Source: Octopus vulgaris
Lineage: Eukaryota
DNA length: 64,000 nt
Direction: 5' to 3'
NCBI GenBank assembly: GCA_951406725.2
Contig: OX597819.1
Span: forward strand, 61,194,001 to 61,258,000
Shown: piece by piece, positions 26,001 through 40,149 of the stretch
Layout of the letters: each line of letters starts with the position of its first letter
Numbering within the stretch: position 1 is the stretch's first letter
The notes under the pieces: generated by a model
Told to the model about the DNA's origin: nothing
The model's database searches: none
Seen by the model: only the letters and a program-made list of their open reading frames with translations
Program-made: the position numbers and the translations under genes

Positions 26001-27121
26001 GCCCTGATGCAGTACCAGGCAGTGGCTCTCATGGCTTCTGATCTTAACTGATTGGAAGTGTTATCATGTACATTGTTTTGTCTTGGTGTAAAAGATGGGC
26101 TACAGCAAATATTCTGCTCAATACCACAGATTTGCTTGTCAGTTGTTTGACCTTAACCAGTTGAGCATGTCCCTTAGTGGCTGACGATATGTGCATCTCT
26201 GATCACGAGCAGAAGTAGTGGGGGAGCATCATAGCCATGTGTTGAGAGGGATTCTTTGGGGTTTGAATAGTTCGCCTCTGGAAACATCGGTGGTTCTTTC
26301 AACATCCTTAAACAACCCTTATTCAGAGACCGTTTGAGCGGGATGGGCTACTCAACCTGAAGAAAATTCTAACTGGGCCCCACCTGCAAGGTCATGTGCT
26401 GTTTATCTTGATATGAGATCACCATGTCGCGCACATATGGTTGTGATGCATGTGCCTGGTGTACCTTTATCAGACGGGTAGTCATGATGGGTATATTGGG
26501 CTTCGTATATTTTACCCCAGTGTCACCTTGATGGCATGAACTGCTCTCTCACTCAATAATAATAATAATACTGATGCAGTACCAGGCAGTGGCTCTCATG
26601 GCTTCTGATCTTAACTGATTGCAAGTGTTATCATGTACATTGTTTTGTCTTGGTATCAAAGATGGGCTACAGCAAATATTCTGCTCAATACCACAGATTT
26701 GCTTGTCAGTTGTTTGACCATAACCAGTTGAGCATGTCCCTTAGTGGCTGACGATATGTGCATCTCTGATCACGAGCAGAAGTAGTGGGGGAGCATCATA
26801 GCCATGTGTTGAGAGGGATTCTTTGGGGTTTGAATAATTCACCTTTGGAAACAGGGGTGTTTCGTTCAACATCCTTAAACAACCCTTATTCAGGGACCTT
26901 TTGAGCGGGATGAGTTACTCGACCATAAGAAAATACTAACTGGGCCCCACCTGCAAGGTCATGTGCTGTTTATCTTGATATGAGATCACCATGTCGCGCA
27001 CATATGGTTGTGATGCATGTGCCTAGTGTACCCTTATCAGACGGGTAGTCATGATGGGTATACTGGGCTTCATATATTTTACCCCAGTGTCACTTTGATG
27101 GCATGCACTGCTCTCTCACTC
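25998..27121. mobile_element. Two tandem ~555-bp copies of a non-coding element embedded in (TAA)n
   Basis: Copies at 25998-26554 and 26571-27121 are highly similar; (TAA)n before, between and after. Confidence 0.88.
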
Positions 27122-27176
27122 AATAATAATAATAATAATAATAATAATAATTATCATTATTATTATATTATTATTA

Positions 27177-27211
<35 letters not shown>

Positions 27212-27212
27212 A

Positions 27213-27417
27213 AGCAGTGAGCTGGCAGAATCGTTAGCACGCTGGACGAAATGCTTAGCGGTATTTTGCCCGTTCTGAGTTCAAATTCTGCCGAGGTCGA
27301 CCTTGCTTTTCATCCTTTCGGGGTCAATAAATTAAGTACTAGTGAAATTCTGGAGTCGATGTAATCGACTAGTCCCCCTCCCCCCAAATTTCAGGCCTTT
27401 TGCCTATAATAGAAAGA

Positions 27418-27449
<32 letters not shown>

Positions 27450-27531
27450 CATTATTATTATTATTATTATTATCATCGTTATTATCATTATCATTATTAT
27501 TATCATTATTATCATTATCATTATTATTAAT

Positions 27532-27562
<31 letters not shown>

Positions 27563-27720
27563 AGGTAGCGAGCTTGCAAAATCGTTAACATGGCGAGCAA
27601 AATTCGTATCGGCCATTTCATCTGATTTTACATTCTAAGTTCAAATTCGACTTTGACTTTCATCCTTTTGCGGTCGTTAAAATAAATATCAGGTCGATGT
27701 AATCGACTTATCTACTTCTC
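27213..27720 (+). mobile_element. Two SINE family B copies separated by (ATT/ATC)n
   Basis: Heads at ~27213 and ~27563. Confidence 0.85.
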
Positions 27721-28095
27721 CAAGAATGGAGGACAAGTTAAATTCAGGTGTACGCATGCATACACACCGACACATATATATATATACACACACGCACATG
27801 CATGCATGAATGTATATATATATATATATTAATCGGTGTGCATTCAAAGCAATGATTAATAAATTTACGAAACCGGTATGCTTTTAAATCTCTTTAACAA
27901 TTAACAATAATGACTTTTATTACTTTTATTCCTACCTCAGTTCATCTAATAGTATATATCTATCATTACTTTTCATAAAAAGCCTTTACTTTTTTTTTAT
28001 TTCCAGTGTGCATTTTCGCTTATTTTTCTTCTTACTTTTCCCCTTACATTTCCACGTGTAGTTTCTACTTTCTTTTTGTAACATATTTCTATTAT

Positions 28096-28583
<488 letters not shown>

Positions 28584-30794
28584 TTTGTAGTCTTCAAAAA
28601 GTAATTCTATATTTCTGAAGCGTTCATTACTAAAACCTATATCAGTATTGATTATAAATAACTAATTTACGTTCTCCCGTCAAGTTTTTTGCTTGCATGC
28701 ATGTCTGTCGCGTCCTATCATTGTATTCGGTTTCTCTCTACAATTATAACAAACCGTCGTGTATATGTACTTGTGTATTTTCTGTTTGCTAGTTTTTTTT
28801 TACTCTCTCTCTCTCTCTTTCTCTTTCTCGCCTGTCTGCTTAATTTGATTTATCTCATGAAACTTCTATATCATATGAAACTTCTATATCCAATTCAATA
28901 TCATGGATACATAGCTATGACAATCGTAGATGTGTATAGAAATATGAAGCAGATATTCACAAATGCAAGCTGATGTCAGTAATACGATTCAATTGACAGC
29001 CATTTTAAGTTATTTATGATTTTAATCACTCTATTACTCTAACCGTGAAATACTCTGTAGTCTTCACTCAATTGACGTATTGTAACTTTATGATTGGGAA
29101 ACACAGTCAGTTGAATTATGAATTGCATTTGTATTAAAGCTACTTTCTCAATATAGAAGTTTTTCAAGAGGAAACTTTTGCTCAGAATTGAAACACATTC
29201 AATCGACATTTTCATATTGTCAACATTAATATAATTCTGTCTTGTCCTCTTTTCTTGGGTAATTGTGTTAATTTTGCTGTAGAGATTGTAAAATAAATAA
29301 ATATAATAATAAGTGTAAATGCACTCAAAGTCTTCATGAGTTCATAAGGGTCATATATTTGTGTAAGGTTTAAAGTAATAAGATGTTGGAAGACACATAT
29401 ATCATGTTGGATCGAACGCCATTCTATTTTACCAAGTATTCCTGGATGATCTAGAATACGTTTCTTCTTTTCAATCGATAATTAACTCTTTACTGTTCTG
29501 TGTTTCTCATGTGATACACAAAAAGTGTTTCCCCGGCGTCCATATATCATATATGATACACATTCCCAGTTTTTTTTTCGTCCGACCGTCAGAGTAACTT
29601 GGGACTTATGAAAGGTAAGCTTTGTATTACTCAGAATGTATGAAACAAGGGCTAGCTAAAAATCTGAAAATAAGAATGAAAACGCTTTGGACAGGCGAAG
29701 AATTGGCGTATTGGAAAAAATTACACAAATCTTTTTCTAGTAGATTGAAAATCATTAATTATCAACTGATAGTTCAATGCCTTAGCTAAATAACCATTCG
29801 CTTCGACAATATTTCAGAAATGCGAGACATTTAAAACATATTCACACTCAATCATATTTAATTCCCTTCGCCTACGCTTGTAAAGCTACAACATACAATT
29901 TGCGTCTGTACCCTTTGTGAAATTCATTCTTTCAGTTTTCTGTCAAACTTTTCCCCAGTGAAGGGCATAGATTCAAGGCTTGTTAAATAGGTTTTGTACC
30001 AACCCCAACTTCCACCACCCTTAAAAGCCAGAAATTTGAATTTATCTACCATTTGAAATAAATTACCTTTTCACAAAGCATTAGGATGTATTACAAGTTT
30101 TTATATAATCTTGTACACGTGTTAACAGACGATTTGTGCTATCACCACTCACTGTAGGTTGTAATGTGTACAGCTTACATCACTAACACATATAGTGAAG
30201 TGATTATACAGCAATGCATAGCTTGTTACAGTTAAAAGATTGTGACAAGATTGCTGAGTAAGTGGTGATGGCGTCTAATACGAAAAGTACATCAAGTCAA
30301 GTGACAAGTTAATGTTATTCAACCTGCCTTGAGGGCATTACTTAGCGTTTCGCATTCCTACACTATTTAGAAACACAGTGTACTGCCATTTAAACATAAA
30401 CGCTTATTATATGATAAGATGTTCAAGCTTACTTTATTATAATTTACATCTCGTTCATGTTTTAATGAACTGCTCAACTACGATGCAATACTACTGTTTA
30501 CCAATGTATTGGGTTATCAGATTAATTCGTTCGATTTGCTTCCTCCCACCCCCAATTCTTTCTAATTCTTTTGAAAATTATTTTTACCGTAGTGTTTTTT
30601 TTTGTACTTCTATTCTTCCTCTATATCGTTTGTTTATCGTTTTTGAACTTTGCATAATTTTTATCTCTTTTTAGACGTATGGGTACTAAGGAGAAAAGGA
30701 AAACGAACGAATTTATCTGACAACTCAATATCTTTTATATTCACAAGCGTAGTGTTATCACATTTTAGTAAATAGTTGAGGGTATTTAAATAAT

Positions 30795-31255
30795 GACTTC
30801 AAATTTTGGAACGAGGCCAGCAAGTTTGGAGAAGCGGATAAATCGATTACATCGACTCATGTAGTCAACTGGTACTTAATTTATCGATCTCGAAATGATG
30901 AAAGGCAAAGTCAACTTCGGTAGAATTTGAACTCAGAACGTAAAGACGGACGATATACCTATTTCTTTACTACCCACAAGGGGCTAAACACAGAGAGGAC
31001 AAACAAGGACAGACAAACGGATTAAGTCGATTACATCGACCCCAGTGCGTAACTGGTCCTTAATTTATCGACCCCGAAAGGATGAAAGGCAAAGTCGACC
31101 TCGGCGGAATTTGAACTCAGAACGTAACGGCAGACGAAATACCGCTAAGCATTTCGCCCGGCGCACTAACGTTTCTGCCAGCTCGCCGCCTTAGACGGAC
31201 GAAATACCGCTAAGCATTTTGTCCGGCGTACAAACGAATCTGACAGCTTGACGCT
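30795..31255 (-). mobile_element. Young SINE B (30960-31192) nested in an older SINE B
   Basis: 16-bp TSD agacggacga(t/a)atacc at 30944-30959 and 31193-31208. Confidence 0.88.
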
Positions 31256-33179
31256 TTATGAGGATATTTAAATAATATGACAGAAGCCAATCTCTCTCTC
31301 TTTCTCTCTCTCACACACACATACACTCTCATTCCCCCTCTCTCCCAATCTGTCTCGGGGTAATTTTCAAGATGGAATATATTCTTACTTCCTATTTAGA
31401 ACAGCTGGCTCTAACAAAATAACAAGCTATTCTTTGCACCATATATTCCAGTCGACATCTCCTGTTAAATCCTTTTGTTCCAACTCAGCATTCTAAAAAT
31501 ATTTATTTTAAATAACATAACCAGCAAAATACAAGGCGAAATAAAACCAAGCCAAAACAATGTGAGGTTTTAAAACATTAGGAGTTTTAACAGACACCAG
31601 ATAACATATATGGGTTATTATCCTCGGTTTTTGTTCATTTTTAAAAGAATTCCTGAAATGCTAGAAGTAATAAACATAACTTGGTATCAAATCATACCCA
31701 GTTAGTGTTTGCTTTTTATCTTGGCGTCTATCAGTTTCATAATCAAGGAACTTTTATTTTTTCAAAAATTCCTTTTTAAGCAAGAATTGTCACTTTATTT
31801 CAGCCATTACTATTTCTGTATGTCACTGTATATTAGTAATATCTCGCTATTTCGCTTTATCACACAGTATTTGGGATATACTATTTCAATAATATCGCCT
31901 TAATTCAATTACATTTCTATCCTATTGTGACAACAATCTCATTATTTCAAAACACAAGATTAATACTTCTTTCAAACAAGAGTATATCTTTCTTTGGAAA
32001 GAAAAAAAATACATAAATAAATAAATAATACAAATAAAGTAAAAATCAAAATAAAAAATTACTATTTTTTCCATCCCAAGAAGCAAAAACAAAAACAGCA
32101 AGAATGTATTTTGCCGAAATCTAATATAATAAATGAAATTCTCGCTTTCCGTTCTCATGTATTTCTAAAGGAACGACGAAGCGCTGAGTAATCTTATAGA
32201 TATTAGGCATGCTTCTATGTAATCTTTTATTACAGATACCACATTTTATGTCATATTATATTTCCAGAAAGCTAGGCGGCCGAGATATCATAATGACTAA
32301 ACTACAGATGCTAAGATTCCATTTATAAACAACTATAAAAATTAAACGTCTAAATGAACTTATCCTACACGCACAACTCTTGCACAGTTACTAGTCTCCC
32401 GAAAAATCTAAGAACAGTTATTGGAACTATATTTGAAATGAGCTCAAATTTGTTTACCAGTTGAATCTTAATATAATCTTGCTTTCATTATAACAAGCAC
32501 TACAAAATGCCTCACTGATGTCTGATCTACCGAGACACTTCGAAAATTCATAATTGACCCGTAATTCCTATTAATGGTTTAAAAAAATAGAACACTCATA
32601 ATTCTTTAATGAATTTTCAAATGACAAATTTAACAAACCTCTGTATATTATTATCGTTGCATGGCCCCAAGTCAGCCCTGATCATAAAAATAACTGCGTC
32701 ATGCAGCAGTATCTAATTTAGCATGGGTTCTATGACTGGATGCCCTTCTTAATGGCAACCACTTTGCAGACAGTACTGGGTGTTTTTTTTAATGGTACCA
32801 ACACTGATCGTGATTATCTGGTGGCTTGCAAGGTAGGGGCTTAAAATAATCCCTATAAATGAAAGAGAATTAAAGAAGGAGTAGCTGATGATTCGAGGCG
32901 ATGAGCAAAATATTTAATCATGATTATCCAATATTTTAAAGGGTTTCAAACATTATGGTATCCAATGCATTCTTCCTTTATTTAAAGGTCTGTGGGGGTT
33001 GATTTGACAGAACTTCGGTTACTATTTTTAGCATGTTGAGCAGCCACGTAGAGAATACTTCGTTCACTCGTCCTATATGGTTTCATAAGGAGGGGTTCAA
33101 TGTATCTCTTCAGAACTGTAGTAAGGGCACTTCACTGAGCGTGAACAGTTTGATGCAAACCTAATATTTGTCTCGCATA

Positions 33180-33385
33180 AAGCCGTTGGGAGGTAGAAAC
33201 GTTAGCGCGCCGGACAAAATGCTTAGTGACATTTGTTTCCCTCTCTTTATGTTCTGAGTTCAAATTCTTCCGATTCTGTCTATCTGGATCGATAAAATAC
33301 AGCACCAGTCGAAAGTGGGGACGTTGTAAGCGACTCGACCCTATCCCCAAATTGCTGGCCCTATGCTAAATTTGAGACCATCATT
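33180..33385 (+). mobile_element. SINE family B, diverged
   Basis: Consensus match. Confidence 0.7.
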
Positions 33386-34414
33386 AGCCTAACACCAAAA
33401 TATAGATCGATCAAGAATGACATGCCTTCTCCACTTATTAATAACATTGTATCGCCAGTTCTTAGACTAATCTTTTGTAAGAAAGCTGCACTATCAATTT
33501 CATCCCAATTTATTCTGTTATTATTCTGAAATCATTTAAATCAAATTATATTTACTTTATTGAACGCTTTTATCGGTTATTGTTTAATATTTACCAGCAA
33601 TCCTTCATCTTATCGCGTTAGCCTTACTTCTGTCACATCTTTCTTCTTAGTATCCTTTATCTCCTATCCCTTACACGTTATGCTCCAATATATCTACCAG
33701 TTTTACGATTAGAAAGCATTTAAAAGCTGCCTTAAAGACAATTGTAATATAATGGCTGCGAATGGGAAATGGAAATCCTGTGAATTATATTTAATCTGTT
33801 CTTCAATATTATCTCAACATTCGGTTTCGATCTAATTTAACTATTAAAATCTTCATTAATGTTATTATTATTATCATTATTATCATTATTATTATTATTA
33901 TTATTATTATCATTTCAAATATGATTTCATTATTTTTTCTTATAAAGAGCCATTCATTTAAAACTCACATGCGCAAGCATGCAAATATGGTAGAATTTAG
34001 GTTATTTTACGAAATCCGGACAAAATCGTAGACAGACTTTCATATTAATATTATTAGTAGTAATAATTTGCTTCCATGCATTTAATCGTTCCGTTGTAAA
34101 TTCCTTCTTGCTACCCTTTTTTTTCGTTTTTTTTTTCCTTACATATTTCTGTGTTTTTCTCTTCCCTTTTATTTTCCATTTGACGATCATTTGCTTCTGT
34201 TACTTGTTCATTCTTCCTCTTCCATTTCCCTTTCGCAGCCATTTTATTACAATCGTTTTTAAACACCCACTGCTGACAGAATTTTATTTTTTCCATCTGT
34301 CAGCTGTTGATTCGCTTTCAGTAAAGCCTTTATGTTTACCTTGATAAGAAAAGAAAATTTAGGAGGGAAAAGATGAATGAAGCAGACGAGCAATGACAAG
34401 GGAGTTTTACTACA

Positions 34415-34516
34415 GAAAAGAAGAAGAAGAAGAAGAAGAAGAAGAAGAAGAAGAAGAAGAAGAAGAAGAAAGAGAAGAAGAAAGAGAAGAAGAAGAAAGA
34501 GAAGAAGAAGAAGAAG
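34415..34516. repeat. (GAA)n microsatellite
   Basis: Direct reading. Confidence 0.95.
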
Positions 34517-35042
34517 CTTTTTAACAGCTCTTGAAATCGTTATTTGAAGACGAAGGACATGTTCTTCTTGCTAAGAAATATCTAAGGAGACGACGACAAC
34601 GAAACCCATTTTCGTAATTGATTAGAAAATAATATAATTGACTGAAAAATCGATAGTTTATCAAAATGCATTGCGTGCAACTCTCATACGAAAGAAACAA
34701 ACATTACTATTATGAAGCCAATATCAATATTTACAAACACATCATCTTTCTCTCCCTCTCTCTTCCCATCTATATATACACATACATAAACACACACACA
34801 CACACACACACTGCGTATTTGGTAGCATAAAACATATACAGCATATGAGATTCAAACAAATTTTAGTAGCGCATTTTCAGGAAAAAGAGCGTCAGGCCCA
34901 ACTTCGTACATATTGGTCCGGAGTGAACTTTTTGAGACTTCGTCTTTTTGGAAAAAACTGCGTCTTATATGCCATTAAATACGGTGCTCACACGCACGCG
35001 CGCGCGCACACATACACACACATATGAATATGTATATATGTA

Positions 35043-35084
<42 letters not shown>

Positions 35085-35524
35085 CGTATTTATGTATGTC
35101 TATATATACGCGGGGATGTGTGTGAGCATGCGCCTGTGTTTCGGAGATTTATTTAGATAATTTGCGTCACAATAAAATTATTATTTGCTATTATTGAGAG
35201 AAACCACTTTGTTAGGGGAGTTTAGACGCTACGAGGTACTTTGTGTGTGTGTGTGTGTGTGTGTGTTTGCGTATGTTTGAGAATCGCAAGCGTGTCGAGC
35301 AAGGTGTTTACGTTCTGAGTTCAAATTCCGCCGAAGTCGACTTTGCCTTTCGTTCTTTCTGAATTAATAACATAAACACCAGTTGAGTATTGGAATCGAT
35401 GTAATCGACTTTCGCTGTTCTTTTAAAAATTGCTGACCTTGTTACAAAACTTGAAACTATACTCGGGGATAAGGTAGAGCATAACCCAGTGGAGTTCGTA
35501 TTTAGAATATTGGAACCCTTAATT

Positions 35525-35941
35525 CTTATTTCTTTATTGCCCACAAGTGGCAAACATAGAGGGAACAAACAAGGACAGACAAAGGGATTAAGTCGATTAC
35601 ATCGACCTCAGTGCGTAACTGGTACTTAATTTATCGACTCCGAAAGGATGAAAGGCAAAGTCGACCTCGGCGGAATTTGAACTCAGAACGTGGCGGCAGA
35701 TGAAATACCTATTACTTTACTACCCACAAGGGGCTAAACACAGAGAGGACAAACAAGGACAGAAAAAGTGATTAAGTCGATTATATCGACCCCAGTGCGT
35801 AACTGGTACTTAATTTATCAACCTCGAAAGGATGAAAAGCAAAGTCGACCTCGGCGGAATTTGAACTCAGAACGTGGCGGCAGACGAAATACCGCTGAGC
35901 ATTTCGCCCGGCGTGCTAACGGTTCTGCCAGCTCGCCGCCT
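35525..35941 (-). mobile_element. Head-to-tail SINE B dimer; a partial + strand copy lies at 35305-35460
   Basis: Two copies joined at gaaatacc|tatt; ccttaattct flanks both ends. Confidence 0.88.
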
Positions 35942-36227
35942 TAATTCTGTCAGTCGTAGAACACCCAAGATGTCTATTCGGTTATTTACAAACCTAAAAT
36001 CCGTCAGATACAAAAGAAAGAAACCGTACAGTATGATATTAGTAAGTTTCACAAATCACTGATATAAGCACTGAGAAGTGATTGGAACCTGAAATGAAAG
36101 CCATGTCGCGGATTTACTTAACTGGAGAGAAAAAATTTTCTCTAAATAAGTAAATATTTATTTCCAGCATAGAAACGAAATCGACGAAATGATCTTGCAT
36201 TGATTTTCTGTCAAATAAATATACTTA

Positions 36228-36786
36228 CACTTTTACTCTTTTACATGTTTCAGTCATTTGATTGCGGCCATGCTGGAGCACCACCTTTAGTCGAGCAAAT
36301 CGACCCCCAGGACTTATTCTTTGTAAGCCTAGTACTTTTTCTATGGGTCTCTTTTGCCGAACCGCTTATTTACGGGGACGTAAACACACCAGCATCGGTT
36401 GTCAAGCGATGCTGGGGGCCAAACACAGACAAATAAACATAAACACACACACACACACACATACATACACATATATATATAAATATAGGGAGAATTTACA
36501 AAAAAAAGCAAAAGATTAAGACAGGTGCTGTAGACAACAAACAGATGTATTAGTTTAACGCTTGGGAAGTGAAAAAGTCTTTAACATTTCGAGCCTACGC
36601 TCTTCCACAGAAAGGAACACATATACATATATATACGACGGGTTTCTTTCAGTTTCCGTCTACCAAATCCACTCACAAGGCTTTAGTCGGCGAGGCTATA
36701 GTAGAAGGCACTTGCCCAGGATGCCATGCAGTGGAACTGAACCCGGAACCACGTGGTTCGTAAACAAGCTAATTACCACTCAGCCA
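36228..36786 (-). mobile_element. SINE family A with a ~135-bp HHR-like insert in its microsatellite
   Basis: Consensus halves flank 36485-36620. Confidence 0.85.
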
Positions 36787-37479
36787 TTTTACATATCTGG
36801 TTTAAACGGATACACCTAGCGAGATATATTTTCATCTACTTCAACAAGTAATAAATTACTTGTTATTTCAAATGGGTGACTTTGGCGGATTGTCATCTGC
36901 AGAAAATACTTCGGTCGGGATTCCGGAAAGTCGCTTCCAAGAAAACCCATTAAAGCTAAATTCAGTAGAAATAAATTCACTGAGGTCGTACATGTAACAA
37001 ACTAAATTGTAAAACTGACTCTACTTCACGCTCTAAAGCTCATAAGATAACTATAATGTTACAATATATATTTCTTTAGTTTCTTTTATTAAATTGCTTC
37101 TATATTCTTAAATCTATTTCGACTGAAACGAAGCTCAGTAACTAACATGTACTTCCGACGTGTGTAGAATGATAAGTAAGAGCTTGGTTATTGTTAGTGA
37201 GCTTGGACAAACATACATAAAACATGTTCAACTATTTCACGTGGATTATTGTTATAGGTTGCTAATCTGAAATTACGTTCGAGGAACGAAAAGGAATCCA
37301 GAAATCCCTTTCAATACATCTCTGCAGCGTTCCGTTTCTAAATATGCTATATCATTATCCAGATCTTTAATAGGCACGAGTTTACATACAACTCTCAGTA
37401 CATTTATGACAATAAACAACATCAACTTTTCAATGAGTATCACATGGATACGATGAGTCATTAGAAATTTATTATTTCA

Positions 37480-37657
37480 TAGGTGTAGGAGTGGCTGTGT
37501 GGTAAGTAGCTTGCTTACCTACCACATAGTTCTGGGTTCAGTCCCACTGCATGGCACCTTGGGCAAGAGTCTTCTACTATAGCCTCGGGCCGACCAAAGC
37601 CTTGTGAGTGGATTTGATAGACGGAAACTGAAAGAAGCCCGTCGTATATATGTATGC

Positions 37658-37692
<35 letters not shown>

Positions 37693-37905
37693 TGTGTCTG
37701 TGCCCCCACCCAACATCGCTTGACAACCGATGCTGGTGTGTTTACGTCCCCGTCACTTAGCGGTTCGGCAAAAGAGGTCCATAGAATAAGTACTAGGCTT
37801 ACAAAGAATAAGTCCTGGGGTCGATTTGCTCGACTAAAAGCGGTGCTCCAGCATGGCCACAGTCAAGTGACTGAAACAAGTAAAAGAGTAAAAGTAAAAG
37901 AGAGA
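37480..37905 (+). mobile_element. SINE family A, full length
   Basis: Consensus match with (gtaaaa)n tail. Confidence 0.93.
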
Positions 37906-38231
37906 GTATAGCAGAAGACATTACAAAAAAAATAGTAAAATGTAAATCTAGGAGATGTTAACTGAGCTCAGTTCCATAAACTTAATGATTATGGGGCTAT
38001 TTTTCACTAATACACTTAAACTGTTTGACTTTTATTTGTACAACAGAGGAATTGAATATATACGATGTTATGTTTGCAAAACAAAATTATAAGAACTCCT
38101 TCGTCAAGTTTGGATTTTGTGTTGAAAACATAACTTACTCGGTGGGACAAATAAACTTCAAACAGTTTAACTGTATTTGTGTAAACGATCCCAACGAAGG
38201 AGTTCTTATTTTTTATGGAGCCCTAGAGGAC

Positions 38232-38513
38232 TCATAAAGCCGGTTAACTAGTTTCCATGACATAACTGACCAGGATTACAACATTCCCTCTGAACGGGAC
38301 GCCGGTTCTTTGTAGGATTGAAGGCTATCAATTTTTTTCTTGGAGGGGCAAGGAGATTCCATCGATTCCAGTACTTAACTGATACTCTATTTTATCGACC
38401 CCGAAGGGTTGAAAGGTAAAACTAACCTCAGCGTGATTTGAACGCAAAGAGCCGGAAGAAATGTCACTAAGCATTTTGTCCGATGTACTAACGATTCTGC
38501 CAGCTCGCTACCT
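38232..38513 (-). mobile_element. SINE B body plus family-C-like 3' segment
   Basis: Same arrangement at 60862-61147. Confidence 0.65.
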
Positions 38514-38859
38514 TATTAGATTATACTACAAACACACACATAAAGATCCAAAGTTAATAACTTACAACATAAAGTGAGCGCTAATATAGATCGGTATATA
38601 GAGAAGATGACTTCATACATTTTCGGATATCAGTCCCTCACGCAAATACCGCCAACAACTGGACGACTTTGTAGAAACAACAAGAAGGAAAGTTTGTATA
38701 AGACGTGTTATACTATCGGAGGAGACAACGAAATCCACGATGAAATATTAAATCAAATAAAGACATTTTAACAAAAATAACAGCAACATTTCACAGCTCA
38801 TTAAGAAGAAACCAATGTATCGTTATAGAAAAGGAAGTTGAAGTCACATATGCAAAGAT

Positions 38860-39225
38860 AAATGATAACTCGAAATGGAAGAAGGGTTGCAATATCTGAA
38901 ACAGAACTGGCTATTTTGCTTCAATGAACATGAAATCAAAACAACAAAGCTATATCTAAAATAATAAAGTCAATAAAGTTTATGAAAATGATGTCGATGG
39001 ATTCCTATTCCCAATATTCAATAAAAAGCATTTGAACAACTCAGTAATAGACATTGATGGAAAGAAAATCTCAGTCATGATAAGCTTTGGTGCACCATAT
39101 AACATAATTGACTGGAAAAAAATTTTAATACGATGATAATGAATTTAAAAAATGGCAACTTATAACTCCCACATTGTAAAACAACAAAGATATAGCTATG
39201 TTCCTATATCACCAATTGAATTATT
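38860..39225 (+). pseudogene. Possible highly decayed Penelope-type RT fragment
   Basis: KDIAM/PISP-like remnant (cf. GIAMGSPISP) and DVDGF; many frameshifts. Confidence 0.3.
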
Positions 39226-40149
39226 GGGAGAGGGTTGTTATTACACTATGACATGGATTCAGACTGCATTGGAAATTTATTGTTAAAAAATCCAAAGAAG
39301 CAAGCCGTTTAATTGATTAACGTTCTGAGTACTTTTAGAAACCCACCAACTTAACAAATTGGAAAAGAAAATCGAGGAAGCTGAGTGATGTTCAGTGTCA
39401 GCAAGACTTAATAGACATAATTGAAACAGAAAAATATTAATTTTTTGTCGTGAAGAATAAGAGAAGTCCAACATTTCGGTCAGAAGTACTTTGTCGGAGG
39501 AGGAAGATGTGTGAATTGTTTTAACCTATCAAAGTCTGTGCATCGATATTTATACCGTGTGTTATTAAAAAAGTCTTAATTTTTTTCAAATTCTAGGATT
39601 GAAAAAAGTAGATAGTGTAATTACGAGCTCTCTTGATGAGAATAGTAGAGGTAGAGATTGGAGTCTAAGTGGTATGGGATGGGGATTTCTTGTTCCAGAG
39701 TGAGAAAATTTGGGGTAACATATGGTAAAAATTTGTATTGTTGGGGTGTCGGAGAGCTTCCTCCCAATAGCGATCAGTCGTTTAAACAACAACACTTTTT
39801 ATCGGTTAGTGTTATCGTAATTTCACTATTACTCCGAATGTGTTGATGTACGTGAATTCATGGACGGTAGTATTTCGTTGTTTGAAATTATACAGATCCA
39901 TATTGCAACGACAAAACAGATGAACTGTCTGAAGTCAGACGTTCATGAAACGCTGTGCGGGTTAAACTTAGTTAAGCCGTGGGTGTACCGAGATTTGTTC
40001 CCTGTGCTGTTGAAAAGTCTTCAAACGATTTCAGTGCTAAGATTAAAGATAAATAGGTGTAGGTGAGGGTTGGGTGGGGGTCGAGTTTCAAAGAAATAGT
40101 TTCTGATTGAGAAACTGAAGAACAGCAGTCTCACTACAATAATCTTTAA

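Noticed and set aside
26170-26225. CTGACGA in the (TAA)n element as an HHR
   Set aside because: No stem II-GAAA-UH arrangement follows.
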